Assembly (NCBI GenBank): GCA_050575255.1
Contig: JBNZDD010013721.1
Location: forward strand, 7,749,671-7,813,670
Reading direction: 5' to 3'
Length of the DNA: 64,000 nucleotides
Origin: Harriotta raleighana
Taxonomy: Eukaryota
Both the position numbers and the translations under genes were made by a program. Positions 1-12,399 of this stretch are shown here, piece by piece. Position 1 is the stretch's first letter; each line of letters begins with the position of its first letter. A model generated the notes under the pieces. The model saw nothing but the letters and a program-made list of their open reading frames with translations. It did not search any database and had not been told where the DNA came from.

Positions 1-414
1 TCACTCCATTTCTTTCTCTTCTCAGTTGCTTTCTTGCAGGCAAAACTTTAGTCACCCTCGCAGTCTCGGCATGGTGCCTTCATTCCTTTAAGTGCATTGA
101 TTTTTATGTGCCTTGTTAGTACTGGAATCCTTATTCCAAGAATGACTTCAGTCAAGTGCTTCTCCAGATAATAATTAAATGCAAGAATAATAATTACAGT
201 TACATGTTCTTGATCATGTGCACTCAGAAATCCTTATTTTAATTGTCTCAGCAATATGTAACCCATATCAAACACTCACACACAGAGAGACAATGAAGGC
301 TGCTACCAGTTACATATGGGTAGAAATTCCAAAGACAACTCAATTGCCAACAAAATACACTGTAATTACACTTTAGAATAAACCCCCAGACGCCCTCTGT
401 GGTAGCCTTTGACA

Positions 415-540
415 TGAAAGACTGGCTCTGTAGTAGTACGCTTGCCTCTGAGTTGAAAGGTTGTGGGGTCAAGCCCCATGATAGAAAATCATCTATCTTC
501 CAAGTTGGGAAGGCCGACAAGCAGAGCGTTGGCATTGTCA
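415..540 (+). mobile_element. 5' part (tRNA-derived head) of an old Deu-type SINE, truncated by the adjacent L2 fragment
   Basis: gtagtagtacgcttgcctctgagttgaaaggttgtggggtcaagcccc has degenerate A/B-box spacing and resembles SacSINE1-like heads (recalled consensus). Confidence 0.5.
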
Positions 541-990
541 AGCCAGGATGTGATGAAGGCTTGAATGAGGGTTTTCAGCGGTCTGTGGGTTGAGGTAGTG
601 GCAGAGTCGGGCAATATTAGGGAGGTGTAGGAAGGCAGAGCGGATCATGGCTTGGACGTGGGGGAGGAAAGACAGTTGAGGATCGAATAAGACACCTAGA
701 TTCCTGAATGGCTTGGTAAGGTTGAGTGTACAACCATGGAGGTTGATGCTGCCAATGCCTGATGCCTGAAAGCACTGGCACGAGACAATCAGGAGGGCCT
801 CGGTCTTGTTGACGTTCAACTATAGAAACTGTCAGGACAGCAGTGGTCCTGGAGTCACTGGTAGAGTCAGAAAGATAGAGTTGGGTGTCATCCCCATACA
901 TTTGGAAGTTGACTCCATGTCTGCAGATGATGTCACCCAAGGGGGAGCATGTAGCTGTTAATATGTCGGGGGCCAAGGACAGAAACAATT
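540..990 (-). mobile_element. L2-clade LINE reverse transcriptase fragment (frameshifted)
   Basis: Minus ORFs give LGDIICRHGVNFQMYGDDTQLYLS (YADD-like motif) and NVNKTEALL..NLGVLFDPQLSFLPHV..RSAFLHLPNIARL, typical of the L2 ORF2 C-terminal region, split across two frames. Confidence 0.92.
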
Positions 991-1035
991 CTGGTGAAAC
1001 TGTTACTCACAGATTTCTAAAATCTGTTCCCTTAC

Positions 1036-1081
1036 TTGACTAGCACATTTTCTACAAATAGATTTTCAAATGAGCAACAAC
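1036..1081 (-). CDS. Candidate coding exon (phase 1->2), CCSFENLFVENVLV
   Basis: gtgtttttag| acceptor and CAA|gtaagg donor; only one frame open; phase matches 1456-1508. Confidence 0.3.
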
Positions 1082-1455
1082 CTAAAAACACCCCAGCCAA
1101 TTCTAACAGTTTAATTCACGTTGTCCTTCTTTCCTGCTTTGGCTGCGATTTGCATCCCGCTGACAGCTAAAGTCCTATCATCCACCATGTGCTCTCGCTG
1201 ACTGCACACTCTCCTTTTAGTCACATGGCTGCATAGCATCCCTGGCAATCGATAATAGTTGTTAAAGGAAAAAAAAGGAAAAGTTTCTCTCCCCCACCCA
1301 ATAAAATCAGGTCATCTGTGCAGTGGCTGATGATTTGTGACATATACACATACAATATAATGAACCTACAGAAACTGCTTAAATGCCTGAGGCAATGCTT
1401 GCGTTCTAAGTCTTTTGTCAATGACATTCCAGTTCCTCTTCTCCTGAACCCTGAC

Positions 1456-1508
1456 CTTGTTTGCTTGCACATTGCGCAGGAATTGTTAGTTGCTGCTGAA
1501 TATCTTCA
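1456..1508 (-). CDS. Candidate coding exon (phase 2->1), EDIQQQLTIPAQCASKQ
   Basis: ctcttgcacgcatcttgcag| acceptor, AAG|gtcagg donor, single open frame. Confidence 0.35.
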
Positions 1509-1780
1509 CTGCAAGATGCGTGCAAGAGTACAAAATAATATATTTTCTTATCTACTCCGCATGCAGCGATCAACACAGTGGATACCTAATTGAAAGCCGG
1601 AGAAGGAATGCCATCGTGATAGGTTAGCAAGGCAATGGGTTTTGTCAGAGCTGGCTGAGAAATATGCAATTAATATAATTAATAAGGCAAATCTACCCAG
1701 AATATGACCTCAGTCAGGGATTAAACATTAACACATTTCTTTGAAACATTTTTCACTTCCAGACAACGGGCTTTGAGTAA

Positions 1781-1995
1781 GAACTTGCATTTTCAGTGCC
1801 TTATTATGTCAAAAATATCTCAAAGAGCTTTATAGGCAATTACGGCTAAGGTAGCGATTGCCTTTGTAGAAGAATACGGCAGCCATTTTCTGCCACTAGG
1901 ATCCTACAAATGACTCTGTAGATTATCTGGAGCTTTGTTAACCAGGTCATGTAGAAACTTCCCTCTCTTTTCCAATAGGGGTCATGGGATTGCCT
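1781..1995 (-). mobile_element. Degenerate Deu-type SINE 3' half
   Basis: aacttgcattt tail, ggcagccattt...gatcctacaaa, and ccctctcttttccaataggggtcatgggat match other copies in the window. Confidence 0.65.
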
Positions 1996-2069
1996 TGCTT
2001 TGCTATCACACATTATATTCCTTCTCTGGCTTTCAATTCTATATCCATTGTGGTGCTCGCTCTATCTGC

Positions 2070-2090
2070 ATGTGTGTGTGTGTGTGTGTG
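2070..2090 (+). repeat. (TG)n microsatellite
   Basis: tgtgtgtgtgtgtgtgtgtg. Confidence 0.95.
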
Positions 2091-2323
2091 GTTATCGCCT
2101 GCAGGTACACAGTCACTGTATGCCACCAAAAAGTCCGGGGAAGAGCTTTTGAGATGTACGATAACACAATAAGACGCTATATTAAGTGCAAGGAGCATTA
2201 TTTTGCGCTCTTTAGTGTGCACTTGAAAAAGCAGGCAAATTGAACCTCATCTTAGTCTGCCTGACATCTCTGCTGATTTATTAGTGTGCTTTCCCCCCAC
2301 CCCTAATAGAGTTTAGAGTTTAG

Positions 2324-2392
2324 CCCAGGGTTGTCTAAATGGAGATCCGCAGGCCACATCTGACCCAGGGGATGATTTTGACTGGCCCTTGA
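2324..2392 (+). mobile_element. hAT/Charlie-like DNA transposon terminal remnant
   Basis: cagggttgtctaaatggagatccgcaggccacatctgaccc...tgactggccc resembles Charlie-family ends (recalled consensus). Confidence 0.4.
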
Positions 2393-2504
2393 ACACAGTG
2401 ACACTGTCCGATACATAAGCTTGGTGTGATCCAACGGGAAAGATAGCAGCATGAGGCATCGGTTAGCAGCCGAACCCGTCAATCACTTTCAAACTGGTAA
2501 ACAG

Positions 2505-2645
2505 GAGGGAGACACTGAGTGCGAGACCGAGACACGCAGACAGAGTGAGATACACAGAGAGACAAGCAGTCAGAGAGACGAGAGAGAGAGAGAGAGAGAT
2601 ATACACACACACACCCCCACACATACACACACAGATACGGAGAGG
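2505..2645 (+). repeat. (GA)n/(CA)n compound low-complexity microsatellite
   Basis: gagagagagagagagagag followed by acacacacac runs. Confidence 0.85.
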
Positions 2646-2904
2646 AATACAAATGCAGATGTCTCGTGTTTTAAAACTTGCAAGAATTTTTCCATTGTCT
2701 ATGTGAAGTTTGCATTGTGTCAAAATATATAGTGAAATTAAGTGATAGTTACGCAATTGAAACATGGGATTTCGATACGATTCTTATAGATTACGTTTCT
2801 GGAAGGGAAACAAAAAATATTCATTATGCAGCCCATGGACATTTCTCAAATCCTGGATACATCCCTCAGCAACCGAAAGGTTGGCCCACATTGAATTAAC
2901 TGGA

Positions 2905-3041
2905 ATTATTTAGGAGCGCAGAAATCGAGTACAGTTCAATGACTGTGTGGGACGTGTCGTAGAAATTATAACTCTCTGACAATTTGAAAGTACAGCAAGA
3001 ATCATGAACCCGAGAGAGAGAGAGAGAGAGATGGCATACAT
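2905..3041 (+). repeat. Copy 1 of a diverged ~137-bp local duplication ending in (GA)n-atggcatacat
   Basis: Aligns colinearly with 3707-3845 with scattered substitutions. Confidence 0.9.
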
Positions 3042-3706
3042 TGGGTTAGTCTGTGAGCTAATGTCTCCGATGGAGGGTTTGAACCCATCTCATTCTGGCC
3101 CAGAAGTGAGAGTGGTAGCAATCAAACTGGACTGACAAACAACATATGAGTAATCTGAAACATAGTGTGGGGGGTGGGTGGGGGAAACACACAGTTCTCT
3201 TCAAATAGTCTGATCAACCCTCTGAGTCACTGTATTCCAAGTGACGTGATGTGGACCAGTATCTGGATACAATTCACTGACATAACTTGACACACAACTT
3301 TATTAGAGAGCCTCTTAAATGTTCCAGATGTCAACTTTCATACTGCTGCAGTATATCTCAAGGTTTTCCAAAGTTGAGGAACTTTTTGACGATTTGGAAT
3401 ATTAGTTCACTTCACCTGTGAAGGTTTTCTGCTTTGCACTGAAGGCTGTTGAGATGTCTTTCATCTGTTTTCAGACAAGGAGTGGCCCACCGTATGGTGG
3501 GGGAGCAAGAGAGAGAGAGAGAGAGAGAGAGAAAACGACAGACGTATCTGTCTGATCTTAGCCGAGCATGGTTCCTTGTCTGCCAATCAATTAAACAACG
3601 CAGTTACTGGATTCTGTGGAGGAATGTGCAGGCAGCCCTCTCACCCGTTTTACAAACTGTAGAATCATATGGGTTATAATAAGTAAAAATGTTCAGGGAG
3701 AAACTG

Positions 3707-3845
3707 ATTATTTAAGAGTGCAGAAATCGAGTGCGGTTCAGTGACAGTGTGGGATGCGTCGTAGAAATTATAACTCGCTGACAACTTGAAAGTGCAGCAA
3801 GAATCATGAAACCGAGAGAGAAAGAGAGAGAGAGATGGCATACAT
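3707..3845 (+). repeat. Copy 2 of the diverged local duplication
   Basis: gcagaaatcgagt..gtcgtagaaattataactc..cagcaagaatcatgaa..gagagatggcatacat shared with 2905-3041. Confidence 0.9.
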
Positions 3846-4277
3846 ACATACACATAAGACGGCCACAGATAAAAGCATTTCATTAATGTTCGCGTGCACA
3901 GCAGCTTATTACAGTAATATATGGCCTCATGTTCATTACCAGCACACAAAAGACTGGTTCTCAACGCAACGAGTGCTAATGATCCCTTGCTCTATTGTAA
4001 TAGGAGGTTTGATGTGCACAACAATGGTGCGAGAGCTCAGAAGCGGGCAATTTTCTGCGCCACTAATGATTGCAGTGCGCGGTTCGTTTTACTCCTGGGT
4101 CCCGATCGTGCAGAGCTGGCCCCTCGACACCCGGAAACCACGGACTGCCCCGAAAGAACGCAAATGACCTTGAAAGCGTAAAAAAAAATAATAATAATTC
4201 AAACGGCGTTCCGAGTACAAATTGAACTGCTCGAAGACATTGCGCAGCCACCCATCCCCCACCCACTCTCCACACAC

Positions 4278-4376
4278 TTTGAAGGAGCTGGGAGATCTCC
4301 AGATCCAGGGCATTTTTCCACTTCGAGCTTGGTAAAACTGACCAGCTTGGTAGTGTTTATCTCTGAGCCTTTCCGC
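4278..4376 (-). CDS. Candidate 99-nt exon (phase 2->2, RKGSEINTTKLVSFTKLEVEKCPGSGDLPAPS; phase 0 also open)
   Basis: tag| acceptor with a weak pyrimidine tract, AAA|gtgtgt donor, within a CpG-rich patch. Confidence 0.25.
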
Positions 4377-4611
4377 CTACGTTAGCAGGCGAATAACCTT
4401 AGTATCAACAACACGCTGTGTGAAAAATGCATGACTGGGTTAGAGACACGCATTTATGTATATGTACTGTGTATATATATAGAACGTTGACTGCTACCTG
4501 GAGGACTACAGTTTTTACATGATTTGGGTGATTTTTAGACTTCCGCACATGTTGCTAAGCGAGTTTCTCTCTCTCCCCGCCCCCCCCCCCCAGCCCCCCA
4601 CTCCCACCTAC

Positions 4612-4806
4612 CCCCATGCCACACCGACACCAACCCGTTGTTGTCCAAAGGGAATCTCTGACATCTCCTGAGTTACAAGGATGCATATTCTAATAGATGT
4701 AGAACTAGNCCCCATGCCACACCGACACCAACCCGTTGTTGTCCAAAGGGTATCTCTGACATCTCCTGAGTTACAAGGATGCATATTCTAATAGATGTAG
4801 AACTAG
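4612..4806. other. Assembly artefact: ~97-bp duplicate on either side of N at 4709
   Basis: 4612-4708 is repeated at 4710-4806 with one substitution (gggaatc/gggtatc). Confidence 0.9.
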
Positions 4807-6329
4807 TTTAACTTTGACTTAATTAATGGGTTTTCATCAGTGACTAATAACAACCAGAGCTCTTCAGTCACTAAATATTTATTCTTCACATATACACAGA
4901 ACCTGGCTCAACGTAGCCCAGACTGCAATAACATTTCTTTTACTTGTCAGACTCAGGATACAGAGCAGCATAAATCATGCTCTCCTGTACTGATAGATGT
5001 CAGCGAGGCTGTATACAAAACTGTAAATGTCACAGTACAATTATGTTTAGGTTAGGTTTCCTATAAACAATGAAATTCCATTGATGTGTGGCTATGTGCT
5101 GGCTAAGCAGTAACATCTTCGCAAAGACTGATGTTGAGATACTTATGGGAGTGAAACAATGAAATGTTGCGAATAATTTATTACCACTCCATAAATTTGC
5201 CTAAGTGTACCTACCTTTCACATCAGAAGCCACTAATCTCACAGGCAGAACAGATTGAAATTGTCTCCCCACTTGTCTGAAAGGTCACTTCAGAGACATT
5301 AAGGTACAGATGGATAAACAAGGAGTCAACAATGCGTTTCTGTTCAAAATTTCAGAAAGGGTAAAGTTGATCTGTTTACTTCAGAATATCCTGAATTTAC
5401 TCACTAGTAAATAAGGCTATTTTTACCTTTTCTAGGCATCACTTGAATTGTTGCTCAGGGATTTCTGGCTCTCCAAAAGGACTTTTGCATTCTGTTTCAG
5501 TTGCTCATTCCCTAGGAATTGTATTGTTCCCCTTGTCCAAACGTCTCCCCTCCTCTCTTGCCCTGAAGATGCCAGCATGTAGCTTTGGTACCTTGCCAAG
5601 CCATCCTCCGTCTTCACACAGAGTGTTTGCAGGCTGCTTCATAGAGGAGAGGGGAAAGCATCAGTTTCTTGATCCCGTCCCTGTCACACATGCTTTACAA
5701 TTTTCAACACGGTTCACTGAATTACGATCAGGAGCCAATTGATTATTCCCATCGTCCATGTCCCTTTCCCTGTCTCCACCCCTACTCCCAGGGTTGACCA
5801 AACCCAATTGTAGTAATTCTCATGCTACGCTGCTTTGTCTAACTCAGTATAGACCTAAAACCTGGTCTGCCTCGCATCCACACTGGGCAATGGTTTTCAG
5901 AGGGTGATACTCTTACATGGCCTTTGGCTGGTTGCCGCCTTCTGTATTTTTTACCTACACAGTCTCAAACATGTTTAATTCTCAAAGTCGTTCAGCGCGC
6001 CCTTAAATGCTTTAATGCGTTACTGGCTTCACGGATGTCTCCATAAGTTTGAAGAAGTATTGTGAACATTCCTAAATCGTGTGGTGTTCTGCTTTCGAAT
6101 GAGTAATTGGGATGCTTAAACTAAACTATTCAGTACTGCAACACATAGCTGGCAATAACCTGAAGGCCATAACTCAATCTTGGAGTTCTGCTTGATGTCT
6201 ATAAAGCTCTCAAGCTTTACTCTGGAACTTTATGATGGCTTTCAATTCTTCAGTTGAATTAATGGCTTGTTTCCCAATGCCAGCTATCCATTGTCCTATT
6301 GTATTAATTTAAAAATTCCTAAAGGGAAC

Positions 6330-6545
6330 TGGGAGTTCCATTGGCTGACCTTTTATTCCCTGGAACTCGGATTTGAATCCAGCCGAGACTAATGGGATGG
6401 ATGAATGTCTTCTCTGTCTGGTGACTCTAAGAGTCCCACGTGAAACGGGACTGGGAAGTGTCGATTCAGTGTCCAGCATGTATTGATTCACAGAGCAACA
6501 GAGTCCTTATTTTGTCATAAAACTGGCAAATCTCACCATGATCAT
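6330..6545 (+). mobile_element. Ancient LF-SINE-like remnant
   Basis: gacctttt..ctggaactcggatttgaatccagccgag and cccacgtgaaacgggactggg..cagtgtccag resemble the LF-SINE head and body (recalled consensus). Confidence 0.45.
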
Positions 6546-6859
6546 CACAGATGGGAAGAGTAGAAAAAGAAATCGCAGAGGGATTTTTGATGTTAAGTTT
6601 GGAGAAGAGTGAAGGAAGCAGGTAACGTGCTCTCACACCTGACAACTAATTGCAATTTATAAACCTAATGTATGGCTCCCCAATGCTTCATTAGATAAAT
6701 ATATTTTGTAGTGTTATTCAACCATGAAGGTTAGTTAGTAAGGATCCCAATTTGATCACTGCTCCAAGCTGTAAATACAATTAGTCCTGGTGTCCCAAAC
6801 ATAGGGAGAACGAACCAGGATTCTTGCTATTTAAGGGACCCGACTTCTTGAAAGTACAT

Positions 6860-7080
6860 CAACTATGCTGATCTGTACCTCAACTAAGCCTTTCAATTGC
6901 AACTTCCCGCTTTCTACCCATATCCCTTAATACACTGACCTGCCAAAAATCTGTCATCCTCACTTGTGAAGGTGTGAATGGATACAGCATTCACAGTCTT
7001 TTGGGGGAGAGCATTACAGATTTCCATCACCCTTGGAGTGTAAAAAAAAGTTTCCTGATTTCACTCTTAAAATAGCTCAG
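6860..7080 (-). mobile_element. CR1 LINE 3' end
   Basis: catatcccttaatacac..aaaaatctgtc..cagcattcacagtcttttgggggagagcattacagatttccatcaccct..aaaaagtttcctgatttc is a typical antisense CR1 tail. Confidence 0.8.
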
Positions 7081-7482
7081 CAGTGTTGGCCACTGTTCAA
7101 GCACTCCAGGACCCTACGTGGATGGGAATATATAGATGCAAGTTGTTGTTGTGGTTGCGTGTCACACAGGCAGAATGGTCAGTTTGACAAGTGTCATGGA
7201 AGCAGCAATGACAAATTAACCAATGACAAGTTACCTTTAAGAAATGATAGAGACCGGAAACTGTTCATCTTTTAGAGGTGAAAACATATAGAATATAAAA
7301 TGACAGGACAATTGACGAGCGCTTTTTGAATCCTTGATATTTCTATAAGGGAATTCCACTCAATATGCAGCATCCACATTATACAGTAGTTGTTTTTTAT
7401 GGACGTGCCGACACAAAGACAATGAAAATCTAAAGATAATTTCATTAAAAAAGTGAAAGGACAAAGAAATAAATGAACTAAC

Positions 7483-7517
7483 AAGTCAGTCACAGAAGGC
7501 GAAAACTCAGAGACAAA
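7483..7517 (-). CDS. Candidate short exon (phase 0->2), FVSEFSPSVTD
   Basis: Strong acceptor ttcacttttcttttgcag|, donor CTT|gttagt; phase fits between 11615-11684 and 4278-4376. Confidence 0.3.
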
Positions 7518-8959
7518 CTGCAAAAGAAAAGTGAATATTTTAATATATTCTAATGTCAGGATCAATTAAGATTTTGACCTCTCAAGAATTTTTTTTTTGC
7601 AGTACTTCTGTGCTATAAAGTGGTGTATTGGGGCCATTTCTTCAATTACTTTGACCTGGTGCCACTTTATCTGGGTCACCCATGTGACAACACTGTCATT
7701 CTTGCTTCTAAATGTCACACGAATTGCTGAGGTTTCAGAAATGGCAATAATGTGATGGAATGAACTGCAGGATCAAAGTGAAAGGCAGGCATGATGATTT
7801 TCCAATTAATTCACCATTATAATTTCAGCTGACTACAGCCATGGTTGGTTAATTCTTTACCTTCAAATAAGGGCTGTGAGGGGATGCAAATCGGGCTAAT
7901 GTGAACGGTTTTGGTTTGGGGAGGGTGGGTGGGTGGTGGGGAGGGAGAGAAGGAGGAGAAAATTAAGAACACAACCTTTTGCATTAAAGAAAAATCCTAT
8001 TTTCAGAAATGTGAAATCGGTTCTGAGGCAATCCAATTTATTTTTTCATGAAAGAGAAAGAAATGAGAGCTCTTTATTCCTTTGCATAGAATATTGCTAG
8101 TGATGTCACGTCCTCGCTGCCATGATTGAGTCATCACATATTCACAAACACATGTCGTATTGTCTTTGTATTCAGAGATAGATATATACTTGTGCACCTG
8201 TAGCTGGCAGCAAGGGAACTTATATTTGGGTATCAAAAGTCAATAAAAATCAGTGGGGTGGAGGACTCTGCGTAAAAATGAGTCCTCAGTGCTACCATGG
8301 AGCAGGGGAGGGGAGAAGAGGTAAACCAGAAGCACAATACAGCATCTGGCTCTCGTTACATCTAATGCTAAACAACAACGAAATAACAACAACATCTAAA
8401 AGTTAAAGATGTAAAAGTTGAAGATACATCCATTTTCCTGGACTAACTTCCCCCTTCTTTGATGAACGCAAATGATCAATAATTCGAAACATACTTTGGC
8501 CGTTGGCTATTTACTTTTCGACCGTTTTTCGGAATGTTTTGTGGTGGTTTGTGACATGTGTTGTGGCTCCAGCTATTAACACATGAAATGATGAAGATCT
8601 TACCAAAGCCACATCTTTCCCTGTTGTATAGCCATGTCACACAGATATCTCTGCTTTTATTATGAGCAATGAAAATAACATGTTTGTGGTGCCATCTCCC
8701 TCTGAGAATTTAGTGAGCAATGGACAATGCTCTGTGTTTCTAACAACTCACCAGAGGACTTTGAGGTTTAGTTATTCAGAGGAAGAACCTCGACAAACGG
8801 TCGATCACCAAGAGAGCAGCCATGCTGAAAAGCATCCAGACAATCGCGGATTAAACCAGAACAGTAAAGCGCTTTGACCAAAGATGTCGTAAGATGCTAT
8901 ATCAACCGCAAGGATTATTATTATTCTTATTATCATTTCGAAGAGATTGTATGGATCAC

Positions 8960-9190
8960 ATTTCATACCATTTAGAGTGGGGGAAAGAACTAAGCGAAAA
9001 GTAGTGAATTCCTTGGAGAGGCCGTGTAGATTAAGAGTTGAGGAGAAAAGTGAGACAATGAGGTCACCTTACTCCTTCCCGGAGATAGCAACTGAACCGT
9101 CAGGACACAGGAGTTGTGCGAAGGAAGGACGACAGAAGTTTGGAGATAGATTTGACATGTCATATGAAAGGATGACTGCTGAAGGGGCAG
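8960..9190 (-). mobile_element. Degenerate L2 LINE fragment
   Basis: Purine-rich stretch, gagaaaagtgagacaatgaggtcacc..gaagtttggagatagatttg, like antisense L2 ORF2 3' regions. Confidence 0.45.
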
Positions 9191-9963
9191 AAAGCAGCCA
9201 GTTGATGTTTCTTTTTAATAAACAAACGTCAAATATTGTCTTCCAGCCCCACCAGCAATCATTCCTAATAATGTAATACATTATAGTGCTCACCAGCCCA
9301 GAAATGTGTAGGAGGGTGCATGACATGCTGCAAGGTAGTTCAGCGCCACAAAGATTTATGAGGAGCTTGTCAAATAATTATTATCATAAATACCTCAATT
9401 TTATCCTTTTATTTCTCCTCTGCAACATTTTTTTTCCTACAATTCACACAAGGGGCTAATTCAAAATGGGTCATAAGTGGTGCATCTCATTCATTTGTTC
9501 ATTACATATTTAATTCATGCCAGACAGCGAGTCAGTTCCCAGTTCATTCCAGTATGAAGCGTGTAATATTGCACAAAAAATGACTGAGTGCATGAGGTGT
9601 GAGAGCAGTGTCTTTCCATGTAGACATTGAGTGGAGCTGGGCAGCTAATGCAATGTTCCTCTCAAACCTGTCATTTCAGGGAGCTTGTTAGCGGAACAGG
9701 GCAGAGAGTAAGATGCAACAATATTTTAATTTTGTTTGGTTCCTTCAGAAACCAGCTTCCACAAGTGAGTGCAAACAATCTACACTGACAAATGAACAGA
9801 TAAGATTAGCAATGATAAAAATATAAGTAATCATTTGGATGCAATATTTGAGGCACAGTCGGTCTTTGTAAAATATCTTTTTACAGCCTGTTAAATGCTG
9901 TCACTCACTCTTAATGTTTCCTCAGCTTTGAGGTAATATCGTCGTCCCTTGAGCAGTATTGGA

Positions 9964-10097
9964 TTTGTTGCATTAATTGTGACTACTGCTTTCTGCCTGA
10001 ATATAAGGTTGCTGCCAGATTTGCGAATGGCGAATTGCGAATTTGCGAGCTTGTAGAATCAGTCGAGTAAAGAGCAAGTCACAATTAATGCAGCAAA
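9964..10097. repeat. Inverted repeat (21-bp arms, 20/21 match) with ~92-bp spacer; MITE/hairpin-like relic
   Basis: tttgttgcattaattgtgact (9964-9984) vs agtcacaattaatgcagcaaa (10077-10097). Confidence 0.8.
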
Positions 10098-10349
10098 CTC
10101 GGGTTGCTAATATCACCTAGTAAATCCCCCAGTGGGGTAGAGTCTTTCCCTTGCTATTGCTTGTAGCACTTGGCACCAATATTGGTGTTATTTTGAGTGG
10201 TGGTGAGGGGATGTGGGGGTTGATTAATGTAGTGTGTATATTGATAAAATATCACCAGTGATAATCATATCACATTTTCCCCCAATCTCTTTGTCCTTAT
10301 CATTGTCCCAGGATTTAACAACAGAACAAATGTTTTTTGTTTGTTTGTT

Positions 10350-10467
10350 TTGCCCACAAAATATAGTCAATTCATTTTACAGTATATTCTGTGAAGGGCT
10401 TTGAGACTTCTCAGTGATGTGTTAGGGCACTCTATCAAATGTATGGATTATTAATATTATTATTATT
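10350..10467 (+). mobile_element. SINE 3' part and tail
   Basis: gcccacaaaatatagtcaattcattttacagtatattctgtgaag..tttgagac..ctatcaaatgtatggattattaatattatt. Confidence 0.85.
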
Positions 10468-11614
10468 TGCCACGTCTCTCTGCTCTGGGCATCTTATAAG
10501 AGGGCTGTCCGTGCTTTATGTAGCAATGATTTTTTTATGCCCATCCACCACACAGTCTCCCCCTTCTGTGTACTGTCTGCAATTTGAACCAACTTTGAGT
10601 GTATTGCACTGCAGGAAGAAAAAAAAATGCTCTATTTAAAACATAACTTGCATCCCAGGAGAGGGAGGAGTTCAAAATAGTTTCATCAAGTTTTGGCGCA
10701 AAAGTAATTGGCTGAAAATATTGCTTGTTTCTGCAGCTCTCGCTAATTTGAATAAAAATGTTAATGCTGGCAAATACTGGAGGAACGAAAATATAATTTC
10801 CATTTCCGAGAGAAAGCATTTGCATTGCATTCGTATTGTTTTGTGTCGCATTTGCTCAAGGGATAGTGCTTGCATCATTTAAGAGTAATATTTTGCCTGT
10901 TATGTGTTAAATGTGTTTTGTGCATGTAAACTATCCAACAAACACTGGGGTGCCAGTCTGTGTTCTGTGATTTGAATACCAGTGTTCGAGATTGATTTCA
11001 ACATGAATATATTTCAATGTCACAGACAATCCACAAGCAATCTATAAATGCACTGTTTGTTCAGATGATATGTAGAATCTGAAAACATATTCCACATAAC
11101 TGCAGTGAAGAACATGAGTGGGGATAAAGACTGGTAGAAAGCAGCGCATGTGTTTGCATAAATAGGATTTCAGAGTAATTTGCTTTGAAAATCCCCCCAA
11201 AAAGATGCTTCCTTCTGAACATAGTTCAGTAATATTATGGTAACTATGCCCAAATCAATATAGATATTTGGATATGAGTTAAAGTGGAAATAAAATTAAA
11301 AGAAACACAACCAGTGTCATTTGATTTTTAATTAAACTTTCAAACGTCAAGACTTATTTACGTGGACAGCTACAGTTTTTTTTTGTACTTTCAATAAAAG
11401 AACAGAATGATTAATAGTGTCCCTCTTTAACCAGAACAAAGTGTGGAAATGGTAAAGAGTTAAAAGCTATATCTGCAAATGTATTTCAGGAACCCATGAA
11501 TATAAATAGCAGAAATACTTTTGGTTTCATTCATCTGGTTATATTGGCAGTTGTCTGTAATTTTGGAGAGAAAGTGTTTTTCATGATTGAATCTATTGTG
11601 CAGGCAGGAGTTAC

Positions 11615-11684
11615 CCAAATGAAGTTGGATTGAAATCTCCGCAGATTTGAAAGCACCTGGGACCAGTTTTCCAGTGTGCACTTA
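11615..11684 (-). CDS. Candidate coding exon (phase 2->0), KCTLENWSQVLSNLRRFQSNFIW
   Basis: Strong acceptor ttatctcttttatttcag|, donor TGG|gtaact; 70 nt = 1 nt + 23 codons; helix-like peptide. Confidence 0.45.
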
Positions 11685-12399
11685 CTGAAATAAAAGAGAT
11701 AATTTGAATGAAAATCAGAAATACAAGGAAATGTCCCAAACAAGCACAATTACTTTCCAATAGTCGAGATTGCAAATTAAGATACATTTGCTTCAGATAA
11801 GGTTTTACTTAAGGATTCCCAAATTTTGCTAATTGTGAAACATTTTTGCCTGCTTCCATGTGGATGTGTGTGTTTTTTTATATAACTGAATTTCCTTTAA
11901 TGGACACTTTCTTGTGTTGCAAATTTACATGTTTCTTTGCCTCTTAAGATACTGCAATTAATGGCATTGTGTGTAAATTCATAATAAATTCACTAACATG
12001 CGATATCAATACACTAACAACACTCACTGTTCATATTGTTTAAACCTGCTTCTGTGTAGTTTGCGGTTCAACAAAATAGTACAAAAAAGTGGGCAGAGTG
12101 TTTGTTTATAGTGTTCAGTAAACTCAAAATCTATAAGGTGTGAATCATTTTTATTATATCAACAGTAGAATAACAGGAGCACAGTTCTATGTACTGGAGC
12201 ATTATTCCAGGATTAGAACATGTCTTTTCGCATCTGCAACCTTAATATGAATCTAGTCAGGTTTGATAAGAAGACAGTCTACACCCACAGCTGATTATGA
12301 GGTGCTATGGAAACTACACCAACAACCTATCATTGCATCCTCATCGATTCAAGTCACAAGGAAAGCCGGTGTGGGAAGTTGAAAAAGTTCACATTGATG

